A stretch of 31,328 nt of DNA from an uncultured virus (IMG/VR IMGVR_UViG_3300020458_000003) (taxonomy: Duplodnaviria; Heunggongvirae; Uroviricota; Caudoviricetes). The number at the start of each line of letters is the position of its first letter. The first letter of the stretch is position 1. The notes beneath the pieces are model-generated. The model was not told where the DNA came from. It saw only the letters and a list, made by a program, of their open reading frames with translations, and did not search any database. The translations under genes and the position numbers were made by a program. This document shows positions 1-8,143 of this stretch, in pieces. The DNA is taken from the IMG/VR virus record IMGVR_UViG_3300020458_000003. One strand, given 5' to 3'.

Positions 1-420
1 TGGGTGGCTTCGTCGGAGCTCATTCCGTCATACGCGCCCTTGCGAGGGCTATTCGGAAGATTGGCAATGCAGTGTCCATTAACCTCAGTCGACTCCAGCA
101 TCTCCTGAATTGTCTTCTGGAGCTCTTGGAGGCTGTCCTGGACGTTTAGAACGTTCGAGGCATAAACGACGCAGTATTTTTCATTGAGTGCGTTAGAGTC
201 GTGTACGGGGCTTTTGTTCTCGCCGTATTCGTAGGGCGTGACGTCCACACCGTGACCAGAGAGAATTCCAGCATGAACGGCGTGTTTGCCAGCACCGAAA
301 TCTAGGACGGTGGCGTCCTGTCCCACCTGCTGGGCTACCTTCTCAGCAATCTTAGGGACCTTAGCATTGGGGCCAACGGCACCACCGGACCGAGAAGTGG
401 AGTTTGCAACAGCCACTGCC
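1..420 (-). other. Class I SAM-dependent methyltransferase domain (partial) within protein C
   Basis: Translation ATVLDFGAGKH...VDVTPYE...KYCVVYASNVLNVQ: motif I (D-F-G-A-G) and an SNVLNV post-II motif. Confidence 0.8.
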
Positions 421-3400
421 GTGTCCTCGTGCGAAGCGGCCCGATACCGTCGCCATCTCGCTAGAGACTGCCGTGACCATTTTTTATAGCGAATTTTCCA
501 TCCTCTCCGCATCGATCGCTGCCCAGCCTGGGACCAAGAATCGATAAGGGCTCTCGCCTCGGAGCCTGGCTGTTCCTCATGGCGTGAAAGCTGTTCCAAC
601 GCTTCCGCCATGACTTCATCATGCCACGGCTGGATGTTCTTCATCATGGATTTCTGGAGAGTATTCCACAGTGCTTCAGAGGAATCACCCTGTCCCGCAG
701 ACTCTCCCACATCCCAATCCAAAACATCCGGATGATATCTCTCTGCAGTCTCTGCCATCTCGTCAAACTGCCCTCCGTAAGGGCTGTGTTTCTGAAATGC
801 ATCGTGATCACGACCGCGGTACTGTCTCAACGAAGCTAGGAACCTCTGCCGGGGCGATGCTTGCCGGGTCGTCTTTCCTGTGACCGGATCCTTTTCGACT
901 ACCGTTTCGTTACCGAAGTACTGCCCAATGACGTCATTGATACCTGCTGCACGCCCAGCGGCCTGTTCCTGCTTTTGACTGTAAATATCTTCAGCTACAG
1001 ACTTTAGTTGCTGCTGCAATTCCGCATACTCTTCGTCGGAAGTCTCTGCGGACTGTGGCCCCAGGGCTTCCAGGATCGCCTTGCCTATGCGGCTCTTGGG
1101 ATTCACTCTGCGAACTTTGGGGGGCGTTTTTGGGTTTTCTGTGACATTTGAAAACTCATCAGAAGAGCCCGTTTCCTCCGTACCAGTTACTGAAGGAGGT
1201 GTCTGCTGTGGAGACTCAGCCGGCGAAACATCCTCTCTTGGAATCGAATACCGTACGTCCCAGTCATCGCTTTTGAACTTCGGCGGGATCATCACGACGT
1301 TTCCGCCGTCGGAAGAGAATCCAATCGCACCGTGTCCTAGGGTTTTCGATAGGTCGTGCAGTTGTCCGTATTCGGACGCTTCTGTACTGTCTTTGAGGTG
1401 GTCGTACAGCTCCCTCGCGTACTCATGCCCTAGCCGAGTGGTCTGGACGTGCCCCCTTCGCTTTGTGTCCCGCAACCGGTGTAGAGAACCTAGTAGACCC
1501 TGGATGGATGTGGGGGCTTGCTCAATATGTCCTCCAATGATGGCGTACTTTTCGTCGTTTGACTGTGGGGCTGGCTCATCGAGTTCGACATCGGACCCCA
1601 CGTCACTACCCCGGAGTTCTTCTCCGGGCTCTGCACCGGCAGCATCCTCCTGTCGCTTGGCCTCCTCTATTTCTCTCTGCCTATCCATAGCTCGCTGTCG
1701 CGAAGGAGACGGCTGCGGTTTTGGAACTTCAGAGTCCGGCGGCCTTACTGGCTCTGAGCCGACTCCACTAGAGTCGCCCTTGGCGTCGGGTAAATCTCGT
1801 GTCCTGCTGGCACTTTCATGCTCCGCGAGAATGGCCACCATTTGATGGCGAGCTTCTCGACTTGGCCTGAAGGACTCGTAGAGACTAAACGGATTATCTG
1901 ATCCGGACGCTGCTTGAGCGGCCTGGTCGACTTTGTCATGCATCTCTTCTGGCAAATCTGACTTGAGAATGTCGGCCAACTGGCCAACTACTTCTTGGGG
2001 GGTCTTCACCTCTGGTTCCACTGCCGGATCTTCGGGTCGCGACTCCTGCGTCCCAAACGATTCTTCGCCGCCATCCTGGGGAAATTCGGGGGTCGGGTCG
2101 GGGACTGCTGCTGACTCCGGGGTGAGCTCTCCAAACACGTCGTCCGGTTCAATTTCCTCTGGTTCGTCATCAACAATGCCACCTTCACTTCCCTCCCATG
2201 GACCTTCTGGTTCGTCATCTGCATCCTCGCGAGACTCCTCGTAGATTTCCTCTGCTTCCGGGTCGAGCTCAGAATCGAGATCAGGATCCCCCTCCTCCGT
2301 CCGGTCAACGATCGCCACACGGTGCCCAGCATCTACCAGGCGGCTCATATGGTGGTCCAGGTCTTCGGTGTCGAAGTCAGCAGACTCACCGTCTCCGACT
2401 TGCGTGAGGTCGTTTAGGATCTTCGCACCGCCACCGAACACATAGACCTTGTCACCCAATCGAGTCAGGACCACAAAATCTTTTCCTACCTGCTCCTGGG
2501 CTTCCTTGTGGGTTTCCCGTGCGTCCTTGGTTTCCTCTGATTCCCACCCGGAATCTTCCGCCTCCTCTTGGACGTCTGCGCGTTCGTCAGACGTCTCGTC
2601 AAGTGTGTCTAGATCAAACCCCTTTAGACCGGGGCAGCCTTTAAGAATAGTTCCGTCCTGAGAGGCAAGGACACGGGCGCCGCCTAGGCTCGTCCATGTT
2701 GGGCCTTGTTGAGAGTCCTGGCCGCGGTATCGAATTTTGGACAGACGGAACTTCTTTCCGAAGAGTGTTTTCTGCACCTTTGGGCCTGCCTTTGGAATCT
2801 CGTGTTCGTCCAGGAACTCTGACGGGTCAATTCCCGCCTTGGTTAGCGCGTCCGAAAATTGTTCGTTCAGTTGCTTAGCTCGTGATGGGTCATCTGCAAT
2901 AATGCCCTTACGTCCACTGTTAGAACTCTTGGCCTCATGCTTTAACATTCGGTCTGAACGTACATTGGCACCCCAATCATTAACCATTCCTATGAATCCC
3001 TGGAAATCATCCTCAGCCATCGCACCCCAAGGAATAAGTTCTTGCTTGTGTTCTTCATATAAAGCCTTAAGACTACTTAAGTCGTCTTCTACTGCGTATG
3101 GTCCATGCTCTCGACTAGCATGTCCGATATCGAAGTGATACGCATTTCCATCCCGGCCAATTCCAACCTGGATCTGATCATTTAGTGCCCAACCGTTTTT
3201 ATGCATTGCGCGAACGGAATCGCGTATTTGATCCAATTGCTGTTCATTCATTCGCGCATCAATGTCCAGGTGATCAGTAACCGAGAAAGCCTGATCAGCG
3301 GCGCCGCCGTCACCTCGACCGATCGCTACTTGATGCTCTTGTATTCCAGGTACTCCCATCTTGAGAAGCTGTCGAGAGTTGGTGTAATCATCCTCGATCG

Positions 3401-6400
3401 ACTGCATTGCTTCTTCAGGAGTGCGATGCACATAACGATCTGCCCTTAGTCCGGTATATGGGATAGTGGTACCTTTTTTGACCACCTTATCGCCGACTTT
3501 CCAAGCCACCGCTTCCTGTCCTTTACCAAGCAACTCTCCCTTTCCTTGTCGCACAGCATCCACAAAAGGATTCTTATTCGGCTTTATTTGAATGCGTCCC
3601 TGCAGGTCATTTACAAAACCACTCACACTCTCTTTTGGCATCTTTATCGTGTAGCCCCAGGTCTCTGGCTTGCCTGGAACGTTCTCATCAGGCTTATCTG
3701 GTCCAGTACTACTTCCGTGAACAAAATGAGATATGCCCTCATCTTCCCCCAAAAAAACCATATCCACACCGTCATGCTCTGGTCCTGGAAAATTGATAAT
3801 GGCGTTGTTTTGGAAATGGATCTTTTGTCCAGGCGTGTAGTGATCCGCGTCATTGATCAAGTGTTTCTGGTCAGTAGACGCCAGGAAATCTTTGTAGGTT
3901 TCAATCTCATCATCGGTGTATCCTAGAGCCCGCGAGAATTCAGTTGTGCCGTATCTTCCGTCCGCTAGTAAGCCGGCAATGCGTGCAACATCAGAAGCAT
4001 TCGTCCCGTAGACCGTGTGGCTGCCAACTGTCACCGACTGCAGGCCATCTTGACTGGCCCGTTCGCCGTCTCGCTGGCTGCCAACTCCGACTGGGAATTT
4101 ACCGGACACCACATCTTGATAACCGTGCGTATTGTTCTGGACGGACTTGCGAAGTGCGTCGGTCTTATCCACCTCTGGTTCTGGTCGAGACTCTTCCGTC
4201 CCAATCACTTCACCGCCGGCGCCCTTCTGAACCAAGTCGTCTGGCGTGCCTGCTTGCTTGAACAGGTCCATTTGGCCAGCTAACCCACTGGTCTGGAAAA
4301 GGGCGGCCTGGTCACCTCCCTGGTTCTCGAACGAGGCTTTTTTCGGGGTGACTGCTGGAGCCTGTGTCAACGCAAACGGTTCGTCTCCGCCGTCCTGTCG
4401 AGTCCAGCGGTGGTTCTGGTTGAGAACGTAGACAACTCCGTTTTCGGTCTTGGTCTCACCGGGCTGCATTCCCTGTTCGTCGTAACGGAGTGGCTCGCCC
4501 GCTTTTCCTGACTGTTGGATTTCCTGCAACGCATCAGCCATGTAGATCTTGTCTTGCAGGTTCGCTCTGTTGTAATCGTGAACGGCCTGGTCCACCTTGT
4601 AATCGCTCAGGAAAAGGTTCTCCTGGTTGGCCTTGATTACGTCGCGGTATTCATCGATGGATGGGAGTTTAGGGGCGTGCGATACTCCATGATGAGCTTC
4701 CAAATACTCTACAGGGCTGTGAGCTTTCCACTTACCCTCTCCGTGATCGTAGACCTCGACATGGCTGATATTTTCAGGAGGCAGATTTCCGCGAACTACC
4801 CCCCCGTGCTCCGTTTCCAGGGCATGTGTAAGACCGCTTACAGGATCGTGTTTGGACCACCCCAGCTGCTTCAGTTCATGCGGAACATCCAGTTGCTCAT
4901 CGGGGACCTTCATGTGGATCCGAACGCCGCCAAAACTCCCCTTGTTAGACTTTGGATGGCTGACATAGGTAGCATTTCGCTCTAAACCAAGTCCTGGAGC
5001 GAACTCTTGGACATCTCCAATTTGCGGCTTAAATCCCGGGTCCAGCCCTTGTGAGATCATGACGCCAGCGTTGTCGTGATCGGTTTCGGTTACGACCTCT
5101 GAAAATTTCCCGTCTTCACTCCGTAGGTGCTTCTCTTCAAATTCTTGGTCATAGCGAAGTGGAATGTCATCATCACCGTATTTCTCTGTCACACCGTCTG
5201 TCGGATTCCAAACATGGGTGTGCCTTGGGAGCCGGAAGTCCCTGCTGCGACCGGGTGGACGGAAACCATGGCTCCTATAGAACGACTCTAGCGCCTTTTT
5301 CTTTCGTGGCTCTGGATGAGCTGTTAGGACGACCGGTTTATTTTTCGATGCCGCATACTCCTGTAATGCACGGATTATTTTGCTCCCAGTTCCATGACCT
5401 CGCTGTCCTTCTTTCATGCGGACATTGTCTAGCCGAACATGATTTTCACCTTCATTGAGGTATAGGAGGTCAAGATTGTCAGAATGCTCATCTCTCAAAT
5501 GCGATTCGAGTTCCCCGATTGAGGAGAACTGTCCGCCGTCTCCCCTCGGGTGCTTGTCCTCGAACTCTTCGTCATACAGAACCGGGCGCCCTTCTTTTCG
5601 CCGGCTGTGCATCCCCCGCATTTCCCAGTTTTCTATTAAGCCATCGATTCCGTAGTCTTCGCGATCTTCTGGATTCTGTTCCCCGTGCAATTGGAGCCAG
5701 TCAAAAAGACTCGTCCTTCGAGTTTCTGATGTCGGCTTTACGGCCACGCCCTCATAGTCTCCTGGGTCATATTCTCCAGAGCCTTCAAATTCCACGACAT
5801 CAACCGAAAAATTCGGTAAACCCCACTCGTGCAATCCTAATAACAATTCCTCCGGGCTGCTGTAAGCAAAAACATGACCGGGCTTGTTTGTTTCCTCCGA
5901 TCCCTCGGAAGTCCATCCAAACAAGTCCGATCCCGTTGGCTGATACCTGAGATACCCGTATGATTTCTTTGGCTCTTCCTGCCCAAGCTCCTCACCGCTC
6001 CCAAACTTCCCATCATCCTCGCGAGGATGCTTGTCCTCGAACTCCTCGTCATACAGAACCGGGCGCCCTTCTTTTCGCCGCATGGTGTTCAGAATCTTGT
6101 CCGGATCGACGGATGAAGTAACAAACTGACGGCCGCCGACGGATAAATCAACGTCGTCCGGGTCTGGGTCGAGTTCATCGAGGTAGGTCTCTACCTCGAA
6201 CGTTCGGGGGTTCCCTCCGTGTGACTGGGTGGCGAGGTCGTGGTACCCGCTGACTACCGGCCCGGAGCTCTCGGTGGTCAGATAGACCCCGGCGCCAGTG
6301 TTTAAGTGCGGGTTTGTAGACGGAACGCCGTCATGGCCGCGTCGGAGAAGACCCTGTTCTCGAATAGAGTCTTCCAGGGAATCGCTGGTGTGATGATTCA

Positions 6401-6953
6401 GGACAACCGGGTGGTGACCGATGATAGAGGAGGCTTCAGGCTCTAATCGGTCGAATTCCACCCGGCCGTCGTCCCGAACGGTGATTTGGTGCTGATCTTC
6501 CAGGTACTCGGCGAGAGATTCATTGTCATCCGGGAGGTCTTCGGCTTGCAGCCATTCCTCAAAACCAGTGACACGGGATCGCATCTCAGAAAGAACAGAC
6601 TCGGCCTCGCCTGACGGCCCCTGGTGGACTCGTGGAGTACGTTTCTCTTCGATGGACCCAGAATCAATGTCCATCCACTTCTGGCCAGGAGGAATCCGCT
6701 CGTAATCAGCAGGGACCTCAGGCGTGTAAACACGACCATGGGAGTCATGGTCGACATACTGGCCGATATCGTCCTGGCCGGTGGGGATTATCCCCTTGTC
6801 TCCGATAGCTGTGAATCGGTCGCCATCGCCACGAGGATGTTGGGACTCGTCGAATCCCTCAGCGTATTGAACCTTGTCCGGATACTTGAATTCTCTCGGA
6901 CCGGTATTGCGAGGAGTGTGAGCTTTGAAGGTAGATAGCACAATATCCCCCAT
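1..6953 (-). CDS. Giant polyvalent-type multi-enzyme protein C (>2317 aa, truncated by the window edge): ART-like x3, GNAT, kinase-like, MutS-I-like and SAM-methyltransferase domains
   Basis: Manual translation from ATG 6953 (AAGGAGGT Shine-Dalgarno at 6961-6968) gives MGDIVLSTFKAHTPRN... and stays open to base 1. It is absent from the ORF track because no stop falls inside the window. Several recognisable enzyme motifs lie in this frame. Confidence 0.92.
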   Translation of the reverse strand, partial: MGDIVLSTFKAHTPRNTGPREFKYPDKVQYAEGFDESQHPRGDGDRFTAIGDKGIIPTGQDDIGQYVDHDSHGRVYTPEVPADYERIPPGQKWMDIDSGSIEEKRTPRVHQGPSGEAESVLSEMRSRVTGFEEWLQAEDLPDDNESLAEYLEDQHQITVRDDGRVEFDRLEPEASSIIGHHPVVLNHHTSDSLEDSIREQGLLRRGHDGVPSTNPHLNTGAGVYLTTESSGPVVSGYHDLATQSHGGNPRTFEVETYLDELDPDPDDVDLSVGGRQFVTSSVDPDKILNTMRRKEGRPVLYDEEFEDKHPREDDGKFGSGEELGQEEPKKSYGYLRYQPTGSDLFGWTSEGSEETNKPGHVFAYSSPEELLLGLHEWGLPNFSVDVVEFEGSGEYDPGDYEGVAVKPTSETRRTSLFDWLQLHGEQNPEDREDYGIDGLIENWEMRGMHSRRKEGRPVLYDEEFEDKHPRGDGGQFSSIGELESHLRDEHSDNLDLLYLNEGENHVRLDNVRMKEGQRGHGTGSKIIRALQEYAASKNKPVVLTAHPEPRKKKALESFYRSHGFRPPGRSRDFRLPRHTHVWNPTDGVTEKYGDDDIPLRYDQEFEEKHLRSEDGKFSEVVTETDHDNAGVMISQGLDPGFKPQIGDVQEFAPGLGLERNATYVSHPKSNKGSFGGVRIHMKVPDEQLDVPHELKQLGWSKHDPVSGLTHALETEHGGVVRGNLPPENISHVEVYDHGEGKWKAHSPVEYLEAHHGVSHAPKLPSIDEYRDVIKANQENLFLSDYKVDQAVHDYNRANLQDKIYMADALQEIQQSGKAGEPLRYDEQGMQPGETKTENGVVYVLNQNHRWTRQDGGDEPFALTQAPAVTPKKASFENQGGDQAALFQTSGLAGQMDLFKQAGTPDDLVQKGAGGEVIGTEESRPEPEVDKTDALRKSVQNNTHGYQDVVSGKFPVGVGSQRDGERASQDGLQSVTVGSHTVYGTNASDVARIAGLLADGRYGTTEFSRALGYTDDEIETYKDFLASTDQKHLINDADHYTPGQKIHFQNNAIINFPGPEHDGVDMVFLGEDEGISHFVHGSSTGPDKPDENVPGKPETWGYTIKMPKESVSGFVNDLQGRIQIKPNKNPFVDAVRQGKGELLGKGQEAVAWKVGDKVVKKGTTIPYTGLRADRYVHRTPEEAMQSIEDDYTNSRQLLKMGVPGIQEHQVAIGRGDGGAADQAFSVTDHLDIDARMNEQQLDQIRDSVRAMHKNGWALNDQIQVGIGRDGNAYHFDIGHASREHGPYAVEDDLSSLKALYEEHKQELIPWGAMAEDDFQGFIGMVNDWGANVRSDRMLKHEAKSSNSGRKGIIADDPSRAKQLNEQFSDALTKAGIDPSEFLDEHEIPKAGPKVQKTLFGKKFRLSKIRYRGQDSQQGPTWTSLGGARVLASQDGTILKGCPGLKGFDLDTLDETSDERADVQEEAEDSGWESEETKDARETHKEAQEQVGKDFVVLTRLGDKVYVFGGGAKILNDLTQVGDGESADFDTEDLDHHMSRLVDAGHRVAIVDRTEEGDPDLDSELDPEAEEIYEESREDADDEPEGPWEGSEGGIVDDEPEEIEPDDVFGELTPESAAVPDPTPEFPQDGGEESFGTQESRPEDPAVEPEVKTPQEVVGQLADILKSDLPEEMHDKVDQAAQAASGSDNPFSLYESFRPSREARHQMVAILAEHESASRTRDLPDAKGDSSGVGSEPVRPPDSEVPKPQPSPSRQRAMDRQREIEEAKRQEDAAGAEPGEELRGSDVGSDVELDEPAPQSNDEKYAIIGGHIEQAPTSIQGLLGSLHRLRDTKRRGHVQTTRLGHEYARELYDHLKDSTEASEYGQLHDLSKTLGHGAIGFSSDGGNVVMIPPKFKSDDWDVRYSIPREDVSPAESPQQTPPSVTGTEETGSSDEFSNVTENPKTPPKVRRVNPKSRIGKAILEALGPQSAETSDEEYAELQQQLKSVAEDIYSQKQEQAAGRAAGINDVIGQYFGNETVVEKDPVTGKTTRQASPRQRFLASLRQYRGRDHDAFQKHSPYGGQFDEMAETAERYHPDVLDWDVGESAGQGDSSEALWNTLQKSMMKNIQPWHDEVMAEALEQLSRHEEQPGSEARALIDSWSQAGQRSMRRGWKIRYKKWSRQSLARWRRYRAASHEDTAVAVANSTSRSGGAVGPNAKVPKIAEKVAQQVGQDATVLDFGAGKHAVHAGILSGHGVDVTPYEYGENKSPVHDSNALNEKYCVVYASNVLNVQDSLQELQKTIQEMLESTEVNGHCIANLPNSPRKGAYDGMSSDEAT
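2300..2530 (-). other. MutS domain-I-like module (degenerate) within protein C
   Basis: HKEAQEQVGKDFVVLTRLGDKVYVFGGGAKIL...LDHHMSRLVDAGHRVAIVD follows the MutS_I pattern (R-x-G-D...L-x-x-L-V-x-x-G-x-x-V-A-I) but lacks the F-x-E mismatch-binding residues. Confidence 0.6.
3110..3545 (-). other. Protein-kinase-like domain within protein C
   Basis: LLGKGQEAVAWKVGDKVVKK (Gly-loop plus VAIK-like Lys), AMHKNGWALNDQ (catalytic-loop-like) and YHFDIG (DFG-like). Confidence 0.7.
4720..5100 (-). other. Degenerate Tpt1/PARP-like ADP-ribosyltransferase-fold module within protein C
   Basis: TETDHDNAGVMISQGLDP...ATYVS...FGGVRIHMKVP...VVRGNLPPENISHVE parallels the layout of the module at 6090-6410, but the first-strand His is replaced by Thr. 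Confidence 0.45.
5210..5520 (-). other. GNAT acetyltransferase domain within protein C
   Basis: VRLDNVRMKEGQRGHGTGSKIIRALQEYA (acetyl-CoA motif A, Q/R-x-x-G-x-G) followed by VVLTA...ALESFYRSHGF (motif B). Confidence 0.88.
5551..5603. repeat. 53-bp direct repeat, copy 1 (encodes linker RRKEGRPVLYDEEFEDKH on the minus strand)
   Basis: Matches 6028-6080 at 52 of 53 positions. Confidence 0.95.
6028..6080. repeat. 53-bp direct repeat, copy 2
   Basis: tgcttgtcctcgaactc(c/t)tcgtcatacagaaccgggcgcccttcttttcgccg; one synonymous difference from 5551-5603. Confidence 0.95.
6090..6410 (-). other. H-Y-type (Tpt1/KptA/PARP-like) ADP-ribosyltransferase domain within protein C
   Basis: VVLNHHTSDSLEDSIREQGLLRRG...GAGVYLTTE...VDPDKI matches the H-x-T...SI...GL...G-x-G-V-Y-L-T signature. 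Confidence 0.72.
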
Positions 6954-6980
6954 CGAATAGACCTCCTTGGGTTCAAGGAT

Positions 6981-7010
6981 AGTCTACCCGACAGGGTATA
7001 AAGACCGCAA
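6981..7010 (-). promoter_or_regulatory. Possible sigma70-type promoter for protein C
   Basis: TTGCGG-N18-TAGACT on the minus strand just upstream of the AAGGAGGT RBS. Confidence 0.3.
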
Positions 7011-7059
7011 AACAATAGACAATCGGGGCTTACTGGCACAGCTCACCCGCGTTAGTCGA

Positions 7060-7476
7060 TTACCAAAACAGCTTGCACGCGTACCACATGCCATTGGCGC
7101 CGCGGACGACACACTGGGCAGCCACGGGTCTCTGACCAGTGAAGCAGCATTGATTCAGCGCCGACGCTGGCGTGGGACCCCACCCAACACCTTCCACGTT
7201 AGCGCCGCCATACCCTCCGCTAAGATGCCCCATGAATCCCATCCTAGCCATGTCCGAAGCTTTCCGGTTGGCCACCAACTGAGGACCAGACAGCACGGCC
7301 GTGGGAGTTTTCGATGTCGCCGCAACTGCGGTTTCTACCTCGGGAGAAACCCTCACGCCACACGAACCGTTGGCGCATGCGCTACGGCGCCATCGACGTC
7401 CACGTGACTCAGCCTGGTCCTCTAAGACCACACACAAAGCCACCGCCACAAATAAACCACGTAAAACGAAACGCAT
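7060..7476 (-). CDS. Exported small CAP/SCP-like domain protein (138 aa)
   Basis: ATG 7476 with a GGAGG RBS; hydrophobic signal-like N-terminus; ANRKASDMARMGFMGH...EGVGWG...GMWYAC resembles a reduced CAP domain. Confidence 0.6.
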   Translation of the reverse strand: MRFVLRGLFVAVALCVVLEDQAESRGRRWRRSACANGSCGVRVSPEVETAVAATSKTPTAVLSGPQLVANRKASDMARMGFMGHLSGGYGGANVEGVGWGPTPASALNQCCFTGQRPVAAQCVVRGANGMWYACKLFW

Positions 7477-7569
7477 TTCATTAAACCTCCGTGCAAAGTT
7501 TTGCAATAAGGGAATCCTTCAACAACGACAGTAATCTATATGTTTGTCATGTTTGTCAAGACCGAACGC

Positions 7570-7575
7570 TATAAT
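7570..7575 (+). promoter_or_regulatory. Perfect -10 box (TATAAT) just before the structured non-coding segment
   Basis: TATAAT at 7570-7575; no canonically spaced -35 (TTGTCA occurs at spacings of 11 and 20). Confidence 0.35.
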
Positions 7576-7580
7576 ACCGT

Positions 7581-8098
7581 GAGTCGCTGGGATTCATTGA
7601 AAAACCCCATGAGCTGTCGAGACGGGGGCAACTGAGGACGGGCCCAGCGAACAGGCGGTTCTCTATTACCCGCCCTCAAACGCAATTCTGGGTGGGCGAG
7701 CGGCGGCGTCAGCCTAACAATCGAGAATCGACAGCATCCGCCGCGTTTTTTTTGGAGGAACACTGAACCGACCTTCCGCGTATCGGGACGAGAGACACCA
7801 AGAAGGGACGAGAGGTGGCAGGGAAGCAACCGAGCCTGGCAGACCGTAATATGATTCGCCGCGCCAATAATATAGCCGCGACTCTGAAAATATCAGACGA
7901 ACCAGCGAGGGCCGCCTGTGGGTGTCTAACGACAGTCTTGCACGTAGCCAGCGGGCTGTGCTTTGAATGCCGCTGCGTGCAGACATGGGTGTGAAAGAAC
8001 CCCTTGTGGCGGTACAGATATTCACCTACACCCTCATTGGGGCATGGATCGTTGGGACTCTACTGGCTTCTCACGCACCAGAGACCGACCGCCCGTGT
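7581..8098 (+). ncRNA. Candidate large structured non-coding RNA (family not recognised)
   Basis: No convincing ORF. Nested helices include 7584-91/7643-50 (8 bp), 7651-63/7907-19 (13 bp, long range), 7669-75/7690-96, 7700-06/7738-44, 7745-55/7798-7809, 7939-48/7972-81 and 8008-13/8088-93. Non-Watson-Crick pairs are G-U on the plus strand. Confidence 0.55.
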
Positions 8099-8143
8099 GT
8101 AAAAATCGATCGCCAATCAAAAACTCTTCAGTCAGGGATATAT

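Noticed and set aside
286..6938. Many plus-strand and short minus-strand ORFs in the ORF track
   Set aside because: They are shadows of the single long minus-strand ORF 1-6953, which has an RBS and recognisable domains. The same applies to ORFs antisense to 13186-22638 and 24851-31281.
7632..7655. CTGAGGA...GAA as a hammerhead ribozyme core
   Set aside because: No proper stem II closing pair and no GAAA plus cleavage triplet in a compatible arrangement.
7700..7753. GC stem followed by T8 as a simple rho-independent terminator
   Set aside because: The loop is long and the T-run can pair with CCAAGAAGGGAC (7798-7809) inside a larger fold. It is not excluded as an attenuator but is not called.
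7967..8143. N-terminal extension of the zinc-ribbon ORF
   Set aside because: No clear RBS, overlaps the structured segment, and ATG 8144 has a better context.
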